A program made the position numbers and the translations under genes. A stretch of 64,000 nucleotides of DNA, from NCBI GenBank assembly GCA_963810295.1, contig CAWEMW010000004.1, positions 120,392 to 184,391 of the forward strand, given 5' to 3'. This DNA comes from an uncultured Actinomycetes bacterium. Lineage in GTDB: Bacteria > Actinomycetota > Thermoleophilia > Gaiellales > Gaiellaceae. The first letter of the stretch is position 1; each line of letters starts with the position of its first letter. The notes under the pieces are model-generated. The model worked only from the letters and a program-made list of their open reading frames with translations. It did not search any database and was not told the DNA's origin. Shown piece by piece: positions 8,696 through 19,432 of the stretch.

Positions 8696-9959
8696 GCGTC
8701 GCCTCCTCCGCCTCCTCGCCGTTCCCGGACGGAACATAGTACGTCCGTCCTCGCACGCTCTCGGGGAGGTGGTCGGCAGCCGCGGCGGCGGGATCGTCGT
8801 GAGGCGAGACGTACCCCTCGCCATGGCCGCGCGCGGCCGCTCCCCGGTATCCGGAGCCCCGAAGCATCGCCGGCGGCTCGGAGATGCCGTCGCGACGGAT
8901 CTCGGCCCGTGCGTCCCAGATCGCTCGCGCCGAGGCGTTCGACTTCGGCGCTCGGGCGACATAGATCGCCGCCTGTGCAAGGTTGAGCTGCGCCTCCGGC
9001 AGGCCGACGTGCTCGACGGCCTGCGCGGCCGCGACCGCGACGAGCAGTGCGCGAGGGTCGGCGTTGCCGACGTCCTCACTTGCCGCAATCACGATCCGTC
9101 GCGCAAGGAATCGTGGGTCCTCGCCTCCTTCGAGCATGGCGGCGAGGTAGTAGACGGCCGCGTCAGGGTCGCTGCCGCGCATCGACTTGATGAGCGCCGA
9201 GGCAAGGTCGTAGTGTCGATCTCCGGCACGGTCGTAGCGCAGCGGCCTCTTTCGGGCCGCGTCCAGGACGTGCTCGAGCCCGAGCTCCTGGTCGTCTGCC
9301 GCAGCGGTATCCCAGGCGAGCTCGAGCGTCTGCAGCGCCGTCCTGGCGTCACCCCCGGCGCCGCGCGCGATCTCCGCCGCGACCTTCTCCGACGGCTCGA
9401 CGCCGAGCTCACTGGCGCCACGGTCGATCACCTGGCGCAGCTCCTCGATCCCGAGCGGCTCGAGCTCGATCACCGTGCAGCGGGAGAGCAGCGCCTGGTT
9501 GACCTCGAAGTACGGGTTCTCGGTGGTGGCGCCGATCAGGGTCAGCAGGCCGTCCTCGACCGCGTGCAAGACGGAGTCCTGCTGGCGCTTGTCGAAGCGG
9601 TGGATCTCGTCGATGAAAAGCAGCGTCCGAACGCCGTTGCCGCCCAGCCGATCGCGGGCTCGGGCGATCACCGCGCGGACGTCGTCGACGCGTGCCGAGA
9701 CCGCCGACAGCTCCTCGAACACCGCATCGGTGGTCTCCGCGACGATCCGCGCGATCGTGGTCTTTCCGACGCCGGGTGGGCCGTGGAGAATCATCGACGG
9801 CGCACGGCCGTCCTCGATCGCGCGACGGAGCGCTGTCCCCGGGCCGAGCACGTGCTGCTGACCGACGAGCGCGTCGAGCGTGCGCGGGCGCACGCGATGC
9901 GGAAGCGGCGCGGCTGCGGCGGCCCTGTCCGCGGCGGCGTCGCTGAAGAGATCGCCCAT
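8676..9959 (-). CDS. rarA: Replication-associated recombination protein A
   Basis: RVRPRTL, Walker A GPPGVGKTT, FIDEIHRF, ATTENPYF, KSMRGSDPDA and ASEDVGNADP. Confidence 0.95.
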   Translation of the reverse strand: MGDLFSDAAADRAAAAAPLPHRVRPRTLDALVGQQHVLGPGTALRRAIEDGRAPSMILHGPPGVGKTTIARIVAETTDAVFEELSAVSARVDDVRAVIARARDRLGGNGVRTLLFIDEIHRFDKRQQDSVLHAVEDGLLTLIGATTENPYFEVNQALLSRCTVIELEPLGIEELRQVIDRGASELGVEPSEKVAAEIARGAGGDARTALQTLELAWDTAAADDQELGLEHVLDAARKRPLRYDRAGDRHYDLASALIKSMRGSDPDAAVYYLAAMLEGGEDPRFLARRIVIAASEDVGNADPRALLVAVAAAQAVEHVGLPEAQLNLAQAAIYVARAPKSNASARAIWDARAEIRRDGISEPPAMLRGSGYRGAAARGHGEGYVSPHDDPAAAAADHLPESVRGRTYYVPSGNGEEAEEATRDDRDR

Positions 9960-9982
9960 TGCGCGCCAGTATGCTCAGCGCG

Positions 9983-10696
9983 ATGTCCGCGGAGGAGGAC
10001 TTCGACATACCGATCCTCGCCGGCAGCGCGCCGAGCGACTACGAGCGGTACCTGAACACGGAGGCGCTGCTCGCGCTGCAGAAAGGCCCCGACGAATGGG
10101 TGCACCGCGACGAGCTCCTCTTCCAGGTCGTCCACCAGTCGTCCGAGCTGTGGCTCAAGCTCGCGACGAGCGACGTCGACGAAGCGACCCGCCGTGTCGG
10201 GGAGGGGGAGGTCGCGGAGGCCGCCCGCCTGTTGCGGCGACCGCTCCGTTGCATGCGCTACGCGACCGACCAGCTCGACATGCTCGAGGAGCTCTCGCCG
10301 TGGGAGTACCAGGAGATCCGCAAGGTGCTCGGTCATGGGAGCGGGTTCGACTCGCCCGGCTGGCGATCACTGCGCGCAGCCCTTCCACGACTCGGCCAGG
10401 CGTTCCATGCTCGCCGTCGTGAAGCGGGCCTCTCCCTCGCCGAGCTCTACGTGCAGCGTCGCGACCACGACGCCCTGTACCGGCTCGCCGAGTCGCTGAT
10501 CGAGCTCGACGAATGGTGCCAGCAGTGGCGCGTGCGTCACTACCGTGTCGTCGCGCGTGTCATCGGCGACGGAGTCGTCGGCACGCAGGGGACTCCTGTC
10601 GAGGTGCTCGGCCGGCTGGTGCAGACCGTCTTCTTTCCGGAGTTGTGGGAGGTGCGGAACGAGCTGACCGCGCGGTCGCAGGCCGAGTCGGTGTGA
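9983..10696 (+). CDS. Tryptophan 2,3-dioxygenase-like heme oxygenase (divergent subfamily)
   Basis: DYERYL, LLALQ, DELLFQVVHQSSELWLK, SGFDSPG and WRVRH. Start could also be 9971. Confidence 0.8.
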   Translation: MSAEEDFDIPILAGSAPSDYERYLNTEALLALQKGPDEWVHRDELLFQVVHQSSELWLKLATSDVDEATRRVGEGEVAEAARLLRRPLRCMRYATDQLDMLEELSPWEYQEIRKVLGHGSGFDSPGWRSLRAALPRLGQAFHARRREAGLSLAELYVQRRDHDALYRLAESLIELDEWCQQWRVRHYRVVARVIGDGVVGTQGTPVEVLGRLVQTVFFPELWEVRNELTARSQAESV

Positions 10697-11979
10697 CCCT
10701 CCGCGAGGAGGTCACGGAGCTCCTTCGGGAGCTCCTGCGGCTGGACACGGTCAACCCACCCGGAAACGAGACGCGTGCTGCGACCGCGCTGCAGGCCTAC
10801 TTCGCAAGGAGCGGCGTCCCAAGCGAGCTCGTCGCGCGGTCGCCCGACCGGGCGAACCTCGTCGCGCGGCTCGACGGCGCAGACGGGCCGACGCTTCTCC
10901 TGATGGCCCACACGGACACCGTCCTCGCCGATCCCGACGAATGGACCAGGGATCCGTGGTCGGGCGACCTCGTCGAGGGCGAGGTGTGGGGACGAGGCGC
11001 ACTCGACATGAAAGGCCACGTTGCGGCCGCGGCCGTCGCCTTCGCGTCGCTCGCGCGGGAAGGTGTCCGCCCGCCGGGAGATGTCCTCCTCGCGCTCACC
11101 GCTGACGAGGAGGTGGGCGTCGACTTCGGCATGTCGTGGCTCGCCCGCGAGCACCCCGACACCGTGCGCGTCGACTTCGCGCTCAACGAAGGGGGAGGCG
11201 AGCGTTGCGTTCTCGGCGACAACGTCTTCTACCTCTGCTCGGTCGGCGAGAAGGCAACCGCTCCTTTCCGGCTGCGGCTTCGCGGGCGGAGCGGTCACGC
11301 ATCCGACCCGCACACGGCCGACAACGCGCTCCTCAAGGCCGGCCCTGTGCTCGAGGCCCTTGGACGGCTCGAGCCTCCGAAGTTGCTGCTTCCCGAGGTC
11401 AGCGCGTTCCTGGAGACGGTGCTCGGCGAGTCACCGCCGGTCGACGTCGCGCTCGACCGCGCGCGCGAGCTGCACCCGCTCGCGGCGGAGCTCGTCGCGC
11501 CACTCCTCTCGGCGACGCTCTCGCCGACGATGATCGAGGCCTCACGCAAGCGCAACGTGATCCCCGGCTCGTGCGTGGTCGAGGTCGACTGTCGGCTCCT
11601 TCCGGGGCAGACACGTGAGGACATCGAAACGCTGCTACGGGCAGGCGTCCCCGGCGACTGGGAGATCGAGTGGATCCTCGCCGAGCACGTCGGCGGCACG
11701 CGCTCGCCCCTCGACACACCGCTTTGGCGCGCACTCGAGGCGTGGGCCGAGCGGGTGGAGCCGGGCGCCCGCGTCGCCCCGATCGTCCTTGCCGGCTTCA
11801 CGGACAGCCACTACCTCCGCGACGCCTTCGACACGACGGCGTACGGGTTCTTCCCGCTGCGTGCGATGGATACGCAGCTCGCGGCGCGGCTCGTCCACTC
11901 GTCCGACGAGCGGGTGCCGGTCGACGATCTCGAGGCCGGAGTCGACCTGTTCCGCCACGTGGCCACGACACTGTCCTGA
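10693..11979 (+). CDS. M20/M25/M40 family metallo-amidohydrolase/peptidase
   Basis: HTDTV, GRGALDMKG, DEEVG, GFTDSHY and HSSDER. The GTG start overlaps the upstream TGA (GTGA). Confidence 0.9.
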   Translation: MTLREEVTELLRELLRLDTVNPPGNETRAATALQAYFARSGVPSELVARSPDRANLVARLDGADGPTLLLMAHTDTVLADPDEWTRDPWSGDLVEGEVWGRGALDMKGHVAAAAVAFASLAREGVRPPGDVLLALTADEEVGVDFGMSWLAREHPDTVRVDFALNEGGGERCVLGDNVFYLCSVGEKATAPFRLRLRGRSGHASDPHTADNALLKAGPVLEALGRLEPPKLLLPEVSAFLETVLGESPPVDVALDRARELHPLAAELVAPLLSATLSPTMIEASRKRNVIPGSCVVEVDCRLLPGQTREDIETLLRAGVPGDWEIEWILAEHVGGTRSPLDTPLWRALEAWAERVEPGARVAPIVLAGFTDSHYLRDAFDTTAYGFFPLRAMDTQLAARLVHSSDERVPVDDLEAGVDLFRHVATTLS

Positions 11980-11994
11980 GGGGTGCGTCCACGC

Positions 11995-12193
11995 AGATCG
12001 TAGGCAGCCTCGTGGTCATCCTCTGGCAGCCGATCGTGCTCGGATATGCAGGGGTTCGGCCTGACCGCGTGGTTGTTCGTCCGCGCGTACGAGGAACCGA
12101 CCTTGACCGTAACGCTACGGCTCGGAGTACGCGGCGTACCGTGCCTCGGCAAACGGCTGGTGGCCGCGGCTTCGACCGCGGAAGCCCGAATGA
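11995..12193 (+). pseudogene. C-terminal relic of an isoprenylcysteine carboxyl methyltransferase/PEMT-family membrane protein
   Basis: Three frames join as ILWQPIVLGYAG / FGLTAWLFVRAYEEPTL / YGSEYAAYRASANGWWPRLRP*, matching the EE..L..YG..Y..Y...W.P signature. No N-terminal half. Confidence 0.55.
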
Positions 12194-12264
12194 GACCGTT
12201 CGCGCCTGCGTCCGGGCCGCGGGCGGTCTGAGAGACTGCGCCGACCGACCTCACGAGGGGCGCA

Positions 12265-13428
12265 GTGGAAGCGTTCAGCAGCTACCAGAACGAGATCTAC
12301 CTGGCCGGGCTCGGCGACGCCACGCCCGACCTGCCCACCGACCCCACCCGCCTGGAGGCGCTCGCTGAAGACCGGATGCCGGCCCCGGCGTTCGGCTACG
12401 TCGCCGGCTCGGCCGGGTCGGAGTCGACGGCGCGGGCGAACCGCGCGGCGTTCGAGGCATGGCGCATCGTCCCCCGGATGCTCCGGGACGTCTCCGCCAC
12501 TGACCTCTCCGTCACCGTGCTCGGGACGGCGATGCCCGCGCCCGTGCTGCTCGCCCCGATCGGCGTCCTCTCGATCGTCCATCCCGACGGCGAGTCGGCG
12601 GTGGCGCGCGCCGCAGCCGGCCTCGGGCTCCCGATGGTCGTCAGCACCGCCGGCTCGACGACGCTCGAGGAGGTCGCCGAGGCTGGAGGCGATGGGCCGC
12701 GCTGGTATCAGCTCTACTGGTCGAAGGACCGTGAGCTGGCCGCGAGCTTCCTCGAACGCGCCGCGTCGGCGGGCTATCGCGCGCTCGTGGTCACGCTCGA
12801 CACGTTCTCGATGGGCTGGAGGCCGCGCGACCTCGACCGCGCGTTCCTGCCGTTCCTCCGTGCGGTTGGCAACCAGAACTACCTCGCCGATCCGGTGTTC
12901 CAGCGGACGCTCGGCGGGCCGCCGGACGACTCGAACCTCGCAGCAGCCGTCGGCCAGTGGGCGGCCACGTTCGGCAACCCCGCGCTCACCTGGGACGACC
13001 TGAGCTTCCTCCGCGAGCACTGGGACGGGCCGATCGCGCTCAAGGGGATCCAGCATCCGGACGATGCCCGGCGTGCCGTCCAGGCGGGAATGGACGGTGT
13101 CATCGTCTCCAACCACGGGGGCCGCCAGGTCGACGGAGCGATTGCCTCGCTGGATGCCCTTCCGGCGATCGCCGAGTTGGTTGGCAACGACGTCGAGGTG
13201 CTGTTCGACAGCGGCATTCGCACGGGCGCCGACGTCGTCAAGGCGCTCGCCCTCGGGGCGCGGGCCGTGCTTCTCGGTCGGCCGTACGTCTACGGGCTGG
13301 GCCTGGCGGGCGAGCCCGGCGTGCGCCACGTCCTGCGCTGCGTGCTCGCGGAGCTCGAGCTGACGATGGCGCTCTCGGGCGCCAGTAGGCCGTCGGACCT
13401 CACGCCGGACCTTCTCGAGCGCCTCTGA
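12265..13428 (+). CDS. FMN-dependent alpha-hydroxy acid oxidase (lactate 2-monooxygenase-like)
   Basis: LLAPIGV, WYQLY, VVTLD, LKGIQHPDDA, SNHGGRQVDG and DSGIRTGAD. Confidence 0.92.
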   Translation: MEAFSSYQNEIYLAGLGDATPDLPTDPTRLEALAEDRMPAPAFGYVAGSAGSESTARANRAAFEAWRIVPRMLRDVSATDLSVTVLGTAMPAPVLLAPIGVLSIVHPDGESAVARAAAGLGLPMVVSTAGSTTLEEVAEAGGDGPRWYQLYWSKDRELAASFLERAASAGYRALVVTLDTFSMGWRPRDLDRAFLPFLRAVGNQNYLADPVFQRTLGGPPDDSNLAAAVGQWAATFGNPALTWDDLSFLREHWDGPIALKGIQHPDDARRAVQAGMDGVIVSNHGGRQVDGAIASLDALPAIAELVGNDVEVLFDSGIRTGADVVKALALGARAVLLGRPYVYGLGLAGEPGVRHVLRCVLAELELTMALSGASRPSDLTPDLLERL

Positions 13429-13431
13429 GCC

Positions 13432-13690
13432 TCACCCCAACCGACGAGCGACCTCCGCATCCATGCGATGCCTCCACCCCTCCTGCCATACGAGCGGTCT
13501 GGCGAGGGAGCTCCTCGAGCGGGTGCCCTCCAACGACGTGATGAAACGCCGACCACGTGGCGACGTGACCGATCACGAGCACGCGATCACCGTCGTGTCG
13601 TCGGACGACGTCGTTCAGGAACCACCGTGCCGTTCGACTGCCTGACGCCAGCTCTCACCGCCCGGGAACGGTGTGTTCCGGCGGAGCAGT
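13432..13690 (-). pseudogene. C-terminal relic of a histidine phosphatase family protein
   Basis: Frames join as TPFPGGESWRQAVERH / DGDRVLVIGHVAT...PLEEL / VWQEGW. The RHG-containing N-terminus is absent. Confidence 0.55.
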
Positions 13691-13715
13691 CGTCTCGCTC
13701 CAGTCGTTCGGCCGG

Positions 13716-14747
13716 CTAACGCTTCTCCGCGTGCCCGCCGAACTGACTGCGCATCGCCGAAAGCAGTCGGTTCGCAAAGTCGTCCTCGCCGCGGGATGAG
13801 AACCGCGCGAACAGGGCGGCTGTCAGCACCGGCGCGGGCGTCCCGGACTCGATCGCGGCGATCGACGTCCACCGTCCCTCCCCGGAGTCGGACACCCGGC
13901 CTCCGAACTCGTCGAGGGTCGGGGACTCGTGGAGCGCGGCAGCGGTCAGGTCGAGGAGCCACGACGACACGACGCTGCCTCGTCGCCACACCTCGGCGAT
14001 CGCCTCGACGTCGAGGTCGTAGCGGTAGTGCTCGGGGGTGTCGAGGGGGGCGGTCTCGGCGTCGTGGTCGCGCGCAGACGCGCCTGCGCTCGCGTGGTGT
14101 AGGAGGTTGAGCCCCTCCGCGTAGGCCGCCATCACGCCGTACTCGATCCCGTTGTGCACCATCTTCACGAAGTGCCCGGCGCCGGGCGGCCCGCAGTGAA
14201 GCCAGCCGAGCTCCTCGGGCCCCGGTGCGCCGGTGCGGCCGGGGGTGCGTTCCGCAGCGTCGAGCCCGGGCGCCAGGGACGTGAAGAGCGGCGCGAGCCG
14301 CGCGACGACGTCTGTCTCGCCGCCGACCATCAGGCAGAAGCCGCGCTCGAGGCCGAAGACCCCGCCGCTCGTCCCCACGTCGACGTAGTGGATCCCGCGC
14401 TCGCCGAGCTCTCCGGCGCGGCGGATGTCGTCGTGGTAGCGCGAGTTGCCACCGTCGATCACCGTGTCGCCACGCTCGAGGAGCGACCCGAGCTCGGCGA
14501 TTGCCTGATCGGTGATCGTGCCCGCCGGGACCATCACCCAGACCACGCGGGGCGGCGCCAGCACCGCGACGAGCTCGGCGGCCGATGCCGCGCCCGTCAT
14601 TCCCTCGTCGGAGAGCGCACGGACGGCGTCGGAGCTCACATCGGTGCCCGCGCAGCGATGTCCATCTCGGAGGGCTCGCCGGACGATGTTCGCGCCCATG
14701 CGTCCGAGCCCGACCATCCCGAGCTGCATAGGCGTGTCTGTCGCCAT
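13716..14747 (-). CDS. gnd: 6-phosphogluconate dehydrogenase (decarboxylating, short type)
   Basis: [45 protein letters not shown] and MRSQFGGH. Confidence 0.95.
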   Translation of the reverse strand: MATDTPMQLGMVGLGRMGANIVRRALRDGHRCAGTDVSSDAVRALSDEGMTGAASAAELVAVLAPPRVVWVMVPAGTITDQAIAELGSLLERGDTVIDGGNSRYHDDIRRAGELGERGIHYVDVGTSGGVFGLERGFCLMVGGETDVVARLAPLFTSLAPGLDAAERTPGRTGAPGPEELGWLHCGPPGAGHFVKMVHNGIEYGVMAAYAEGLNLLHHASAGASARDHDAETAPLDTPEHYRYDLDVEAIAEVWRRGSVVSSWLLDLTAAALHESPTLDEFGGRVSDSGEGRWTSIAAIESGTPAPVLTAALFARFSSRGEDDFANRLLSAMRSQFGGHAEKR

Positions 14748-14827
14748 CGCTCCCTCCAACCTCCGACGGTCTACAGTCATCCGAGTCTACGAGAGCAGGC
14801 GGGGCGACCCGTCCGCCGCCCGCGACC

Positions 14828-16459
14828 ATGACCGAGCCGCTCGTCGACAGCCCCGCCTGGCAGGCGCTCCGCGCGCACCACGCCGCGGTCCGAGGCCTCC
14901 ACCTGCGAGACCTGTTCGCCGACGACGCGAAGCGCGTCGAGCGCCTGTCGTTCGAAGCAGCGGGAATCCACGCAGACCTCTCCAAGCACCGCGTCACGGA
15001 GGAGACGGTCGCGCTGCTGCTCTCACTCGCAGAGGAGCGAGGAGTTACCGAGCGCCGTGATGCGATGTTCAGAGGCGAGCACGTGAACACGAGCGAGGAT
15101 CGACCCGCGCTCCACATCGCCCTCCGGATGCCGCGCGACCGGTCGCTCGTCGTGGGCGGCCAGGATGTCGTCCGGGACGTCCACGAGGTGCTCGACCGGA
15201 TGGCGTCGTTCGCGGATCGCGTGCGTTCGGGCGAGTGGCGCGGTTCCACGGGCAAGCCCGTGCGCGCGGTCGTCAACATCGGGATCGGCGGCTCGGATCT
15301 CGGCCCCGCGATGGCGTACCACGCGCTGCGCGCGTTCAGCGACCGTGCTCTGACGTTCCGCTTCGTCTCGAACGTCGACGCGAGCGACGTGCTCGAGGCT
15401 CTTCGCGATCTCGACCCGGAGGAGACGCTGGTGATCGTCTCCTCGAAGACGTTCACGACGGTCGAGACGATGACGAACGCGCGCAGCGCCCGGGCCTGGC
15501 TGCTCGACGGGCTGGGCGGCGACGAGGGGGCAATTGCCAAGCACGTCGTCGCGGTATCGACCAACCTCGACGCAGTCTCGGCCTTCGGGATCGACCCCGC
15601 GAACGCGTTCGGCTTCTGGGATTGGGTCGGGGGCAGGTACTCGATGGACTCGGCAATCGGGCTCTCGACGATGATCGCGATCGGCCCGGCCGCTTTCTCC
15701 GAGATGCTCGCCGGCTTCCACGCGCTCGACTGCCACTTCACCGAGACGCCACCCGAGCGGAATGTGCCGCTCCTGATGGGACTTCTCACCGTCTGGTACC
15801 GAAACCTCGTCGGCGCGCAGACGCACGCGGTGCTGCCGTACGACCAGTACCTCGCGCGCCTCCCCGCCTACCTTCAGCAACTCGTGATGGAGTCGAACGG
15901 GAAGCGCGTCACGCGCGACGGCGAGCCTGTCGACGTCGAGACCGCCCCGGTCGTCTGGGGCGAGCCGGGGACGAACGGCCAGCACAGCTTCCACCAGCTC
16001 CTCCACCAGGGCACCGCGCTCGTCCCGTGCGACATCGTCGCGTTCGCGTCGCCCGTCGAGCCCCTGGGCGACCATCAGGACCTATTACTCGCGAACGCGC
16101 TGGCGCAGGCACAGGCGCTCGCGTTCGGCCGGACGGCCGACGAGCTGCGTCAGGCGGGCGTCCCCGAGCGCCTCGTCCCGCACAAGGTAATGCCCGGCAA
16201 CCGTCCGACGACCTTCCTCCTCCTCGACCGGCTGACGCCTTTTGCGCTCGGCTCGCTCGTCGCGCTCTACGAGCACGTCGTCTTCACGCAGGGGGCGGTC
16301 TGGGGGATCGACTCGTTCGACCAGTGGGGTGTCGAGCTCGGCAAGGAGCTCGCGGTCAGCCTGGCACCCGTGCTCGGGGGAGCCCCGCCGGCCGAGCCTC
16401 TCGACGCTTCGACCGCAACCCTCGTCGAGCGGATCGCCCGCCTCCGCGCCGAGGTCTAG
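14828..16459 (+). CDS. pgi: Glucose-6-phosphate isomerase
   Basis: [41 protein letters not shown] and [10 protein letters not shown]. Confidence 0.97.
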   Translation: MTEPLVDSPAWQALRAHHAAVRGLHLRDLFADDAKRVERLSFEAAGIHADLSKHRVTEETVALLLSLAEERGVTERRDAMFRGEHVNTSEDRPALHIALRMPRDRSLVVGGQDVVRDVHEVLDRMASFADRVRSGEWRGSTGKPVRAVVNIGIGGSDLGPAMAYHALRAFSDRALTFRFVSNVDASDVLEALRDLDPEETLVIVSSKTFTTVETMTNARSARAWLLDGLGGDEGAIAKHVVAVSTNLDAVSAFGIDPANAFGFWDWVGGRYSMDSAIGLSTMIAIGPAAFSEMLAGFHALDCHFTETPPERNVPLLMGLLTVWYRNLVGAQTHAVLPYDQYLARLPAYLQQLVMESNGKRVTRDGEPVDVETAPVVWGEPGTNGQHSFHQLLHQGTALVPCDIVAFASPVEPLGDHQDLLLANALAQAQALAFGRTADELRQAGVPERLVPHKVMPGNRPTTFLLLDRLTPFALGSLVALYEHVVFTQGAVWGIDSFDQWGVELGKELAVSLAPVLGGAPPAEPLDASTATLVERIARLRAEV

Positions 16460-16461
16460 GC

Positions 16462-17679
16462 ATGCTGGTCGTCGACGACGCCGACGGAGCGTTCGAGCGG
16501 ATCGAGGCCTGGCTCCGTGAGCACGGATTCTTCGCGCCTGGCGGCGAGCACCTCGTGGCCGATCTCTTCCTCGGCTACGGGCTCTCCTCGACGATCCGCC
16601 GGACGACTGTCCCGCCGCCGCCACCCGAGCCGTGCCCCTTGCCGGTGGCAGCCTGTGTCGTCCGATCCGACGTGCACGATGTCAATCGTGACAACACGGA
16701 CGCCTCAGCGGAGATCGGCGATTGGCAGCGCACGTGGGGCGAGGCCGACTACGCCGGCGCCGTCGGCGAGGTGCGTGCCGCTATCGGGCGGGGGGACGTC
16801 TACCAGGTCAATCTCGTGCAGCACATGTCGGCCGCGTTCGCCGGGTCTCCGCGCTCGCTCGCCGCCCTGCTCGCCCCCTTGACACAACCGAGCGACCTCC
16901 CGCTCCCCGACGACGGTTGGCGGCTGTTCGAGGGCGGCGACTGGGCGATCGTCTCTGCGTCACCGGAGCTCTTCCTCGCGCGACGCGGCGGCCGTGTGTG
17001 GACGAGGCCGATCAAGGGGACGAGGCCGCGTGGCCGGCGCGCCGAGCTTCTCGCGTCGGCGAAGGATGCGGCCGAGCACGTGATGATCGTCGACCTCGAG
17101 CGGAACGACCTGTCGCGGGTCTGCGAGCCGGGCAGCGTGCACTGGCCGGAGCTGATGGTCGCGGCGCCGCTCGCCGGCGTGGAGCACCTCGTCTCGACGG
17201 TCGAGGGTGAGGTTCGGCCCGAGGTGGGGCTGGCGGCGCTGCTCGACGCAACCTTCCCGGGGGGCTCCGTTACCGGCGCGCCGAAGATCGCGGCGGTCGA
17301 CCTGATCGCGTCCCTGGAGCCGGTCGGGCGCGGGGCCTCGATGGGCGCGCTCGGGCGGGTCTACGGCAACGGCGACCTCGAGCTCGCGCTGACAATCCGA
17401 ACCTTCGCGATCGCGGAGGAGCAGATCCACCTGTGGGTCGGAGGCGGCGTCGTCTGGGACTCCGATCCGGAGAGCGAGGTCGAGGAGTCGCTGACGAAGG
17501 CGGACCCGCTTCTGGAGGCGATCGGCGCGCCGCTCGATCTCCGGCATCGGGGGCCGGCGCGTCTGCGGAGGCATTCCGCCGCCGGTTGGGCAGGCATCTC
17601 GACGGCTGGCGCGTCAGCGGGCGCCTCACCAGGCGTCGCGTCGATGGACGTCGCGTCGACGGGCGGAGGGCCGCGGTGA
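16462..17679 (+). CDS. pabB: Chorismate-binding enzyme (aminodeoxychorismate synthase component I / anthranilate synthase I family)
   Basis: GDVYQVNL, SASPELF, PIKGTRPR, EHVMIVDLERNDL, FPGGSVTGAPK and GGGVVWDS. ATG at 16462, just after the pgi stop. Confidence 0.8.
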   Translation: MLVVDDADGAFERIEAWLREHGFFAPGGEHLVADLFLGYGLSSTIRRTTVPPPPPEPCPLPVAACVVRSDVHDVNRDNTDASAEIGDWQRTWGEADYAGAVGEVRAAIGRGDVYQVNLVQHMSAAFAGSPRSLAALLAPLTQPSDLPLPDDGWRLFEGGDWAIVSASPELFLARRGGRVWTRPIKGTRPRGRRAELLASAKDAAEHVMIVDLERNDLSRVCEPGSVHWPELMVAAPLAGVEHLVSTVEGEVRPEVGLAALLDATFPGGSVTGAPKIAAVDLIASLEPVGRGASMGALGRVYGNGDLELALTIRTFAIAEEQIHLWVGGGVVWDSDPESEVEESLTKADPLLEAIGAPLDLRHRGPARLRRHSAAGWAGISTAGASAGASPGVASMDVASTGGGPR

Positions 17680-18530
17680 GCGAGCCGGCGGGGTCGCGGA
17701 GCCTCCGGCCGCTCTCGGCAGCGGTCTCGGGGCGTGGGGTTGTGGAGCCGGGAGACGCCGTCGTCGCGTGCGACGACGAGGGATTCGGTCGCGGCCGCGC
17801 GGCGTTCGAGACGCTGCGGGTCTACGACGGACGCCCGTTCCGACTCGCGCAACACGTCGAGCGGCTGCGGATGTCGGCCGACCGACTTGGCCTGCCCGTG
17901 CCTTTGGACACCGACGTCCGGGAGTTGGCGGAGCTCGCACTCGAAGCCGCCGGAGAGCCTGAGGCGGTCTTGCGCCTCTACTGGACGCCGGGCGCTCCCG
18001 GCAAGGGGCCGCTCGGGGTCGCGCTGGTGTCTGCGGTGCCCGACTGGATCGAGCCCGCCCGCGATCGCGGCCAGCGGCTCGTCTCGCTCACCTTCCCACG
18101 TCGCGCGTCGCCGTGGCTGCTGCCCGGGACGAAGTCCGTCAGCTACGCGACGCACATCGCGGCCGAGGACGAGGCCAGGCGACGGGGCGCCGACGACGCC
18201 ATCCTCGTCGATCTCGACGGGACCGTGCTCGAGGGGCCCGTCACGAACATCTGGTGGCGGAAGGGCGATCTGCTCGTGACGCCGTCGCTCGAGCTCGGCA
18301 TCCTCGCCGGTGAGACGCGCGCCGCCCTCCTCGCGCTCGCGGAAGGGCTGGGGTACCGCGTCGAGGAGGGTGCGTTCCCGCTGGAACGACTCCACGGGGC
18401 GGACGAGGTGTTCACGTCGTCGTCCGTCCGCGAGGTGATGCCGGTGATCGCCGTCGACGATCGAAGCTACGAGAGCCGCCGAGCGGCGATGGAGCTGCTC
18501 GAGGCGCTCCGAGCCGCAGCGCGCGACTGA
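17676..18530 (+). CDS. pabC: Class IV aminotransferase / aminodeoxychorismate lyase
   Basis: FETLRVYDG, HVERL, KSVSY, EGPVTNIWW, LAGETR and EVFTSSSVREV. GTGA overlap with pabB. Confidence 0.75.
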   Translation: MSEPAGSRSLRPLSAAVSGRGVVEPGDAVVACDDEGFGRGRAAFETLRVYDGRPFRLAQHVERLRMSADRLGLPVPLDTDVRELAELALEAAGEPEAVLRLYWTPGAPGKGPLGVALVSAVPDWIEPARDRGQRLVSLTFPRRASPWLLPGTKSVSYATHIAAEDEARRRGADDAILVDLDGTVLEGPVTNIWWRKGDLLVTPSLELGILAGETRAALLALAEGLGYRVEEGAFPLERLHGADEVFTSSSVREVMPVIAVDDRSYESRRAAMELLEALRAAARD

Positions 18531-18661
18531 CCGCGCTCGGTTCCGGCGTCGCCGGACGCCTGACTTCGGCCCGGATTCTGCGCGTCCTCCGAACGCTCGC
18601 GTCCGCAAGCGTGCCCATCCGGCCCGTCGCGAGCCGCGGAGTGGACGCTACCCTCCGCAGC

Positions 18662-19432
18662 ATGGAGAAGCTGCGCCTGGGCGGCATGGCCCTCCAGAAC
18701 GGTGTGCTCGTTCACGGGCCGACATCGTGGGGTGCCGCGATCAGACACGCGGACGGCGCTGTCAAGACGGCATCCGGCGCCAAGCCTCGTCTCGGACGCA
18801 CGTCGATCCCGTTCGTCAGAGGCCCCTTGCGACTCGCCGAGGCGTTCGCCGTCCTTCCCGTCGTGAAGCGCGCGCTGCCAGAGGCACGCATGCCGTTCGA
18901 GCGTCCGGCGGTCGCTGTCGCGCTCGTGGCCGGAACGACCACTGCAAGCCTCGCGCGTCGCTCGTCGCTCCCCATCGTCCCTCGCGAAGCCGCGGTCCTG
19001 ATCGCGTCGCTCGTGCCCGCGCTCGTCGCGCTCCGCGGAGAGGAGCTCACGTCGTACCACGGCGCGGAGCACGTCTCGATCGGCACGTACGAGACGGGCG
19101 AGCGCGCCGCCAAGGAGCACGAGCGTTGCGGGTCCCACCTTGTCGGCCCGCTCGCGCTGGCAACGGCGCTCGCCGCCGCCGGAGCCGAGCTCGCGCCGGC
19201 TCGCCATCGGAACGTGGCGCGTCTCGCCGGATCGATTGGGGCGCTCGGCGCCGCGGTCGAGGTGTTCGGCTGGATGAGCCGCAATCCCGAGCGGCGGCTC
19301 GCGCGGGTGCTCGCACGTCCCGGCACGGAGCTCCAGCGGAAGCTCTCGACGAGCGAGCCTTCGGAGGCGCAGCTCGAGGTCGCCGAGGCCGCGCTTGCCG
19401 CCTGTCTCGCCGCAGAGGCGGCCGCCGCGTGA
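18662..19432 (+). CDS. DUF1385-domain membrane-associated protein
   Basis: GGMALQNGV, PFVRG, YHGAEH, RCGSH, LQRKLST.EP and QLEVA. Confidence 0.8.
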   Translation: MEKLRLGGMALQNGVLVHGPTSWGAAIRHADGAVKTASGAKPRLGRTSIPFVRGPLRLAEAFAVLPVVKRALPEARMPFERPAVAVALVAGTTTASLARRSSLPIVPREAAVLIASLVPALVALRGEELTSYHGAEHVSIGTYETGERAAKEHERCGSHLVGPLALATALAAAGAELAPARHRNVARLAGSIGALGAAVEVFGWMSRNPERRLARVLARPGTELQRKLSTSEPSEAQLEVAEAALAACLAAEAAAA

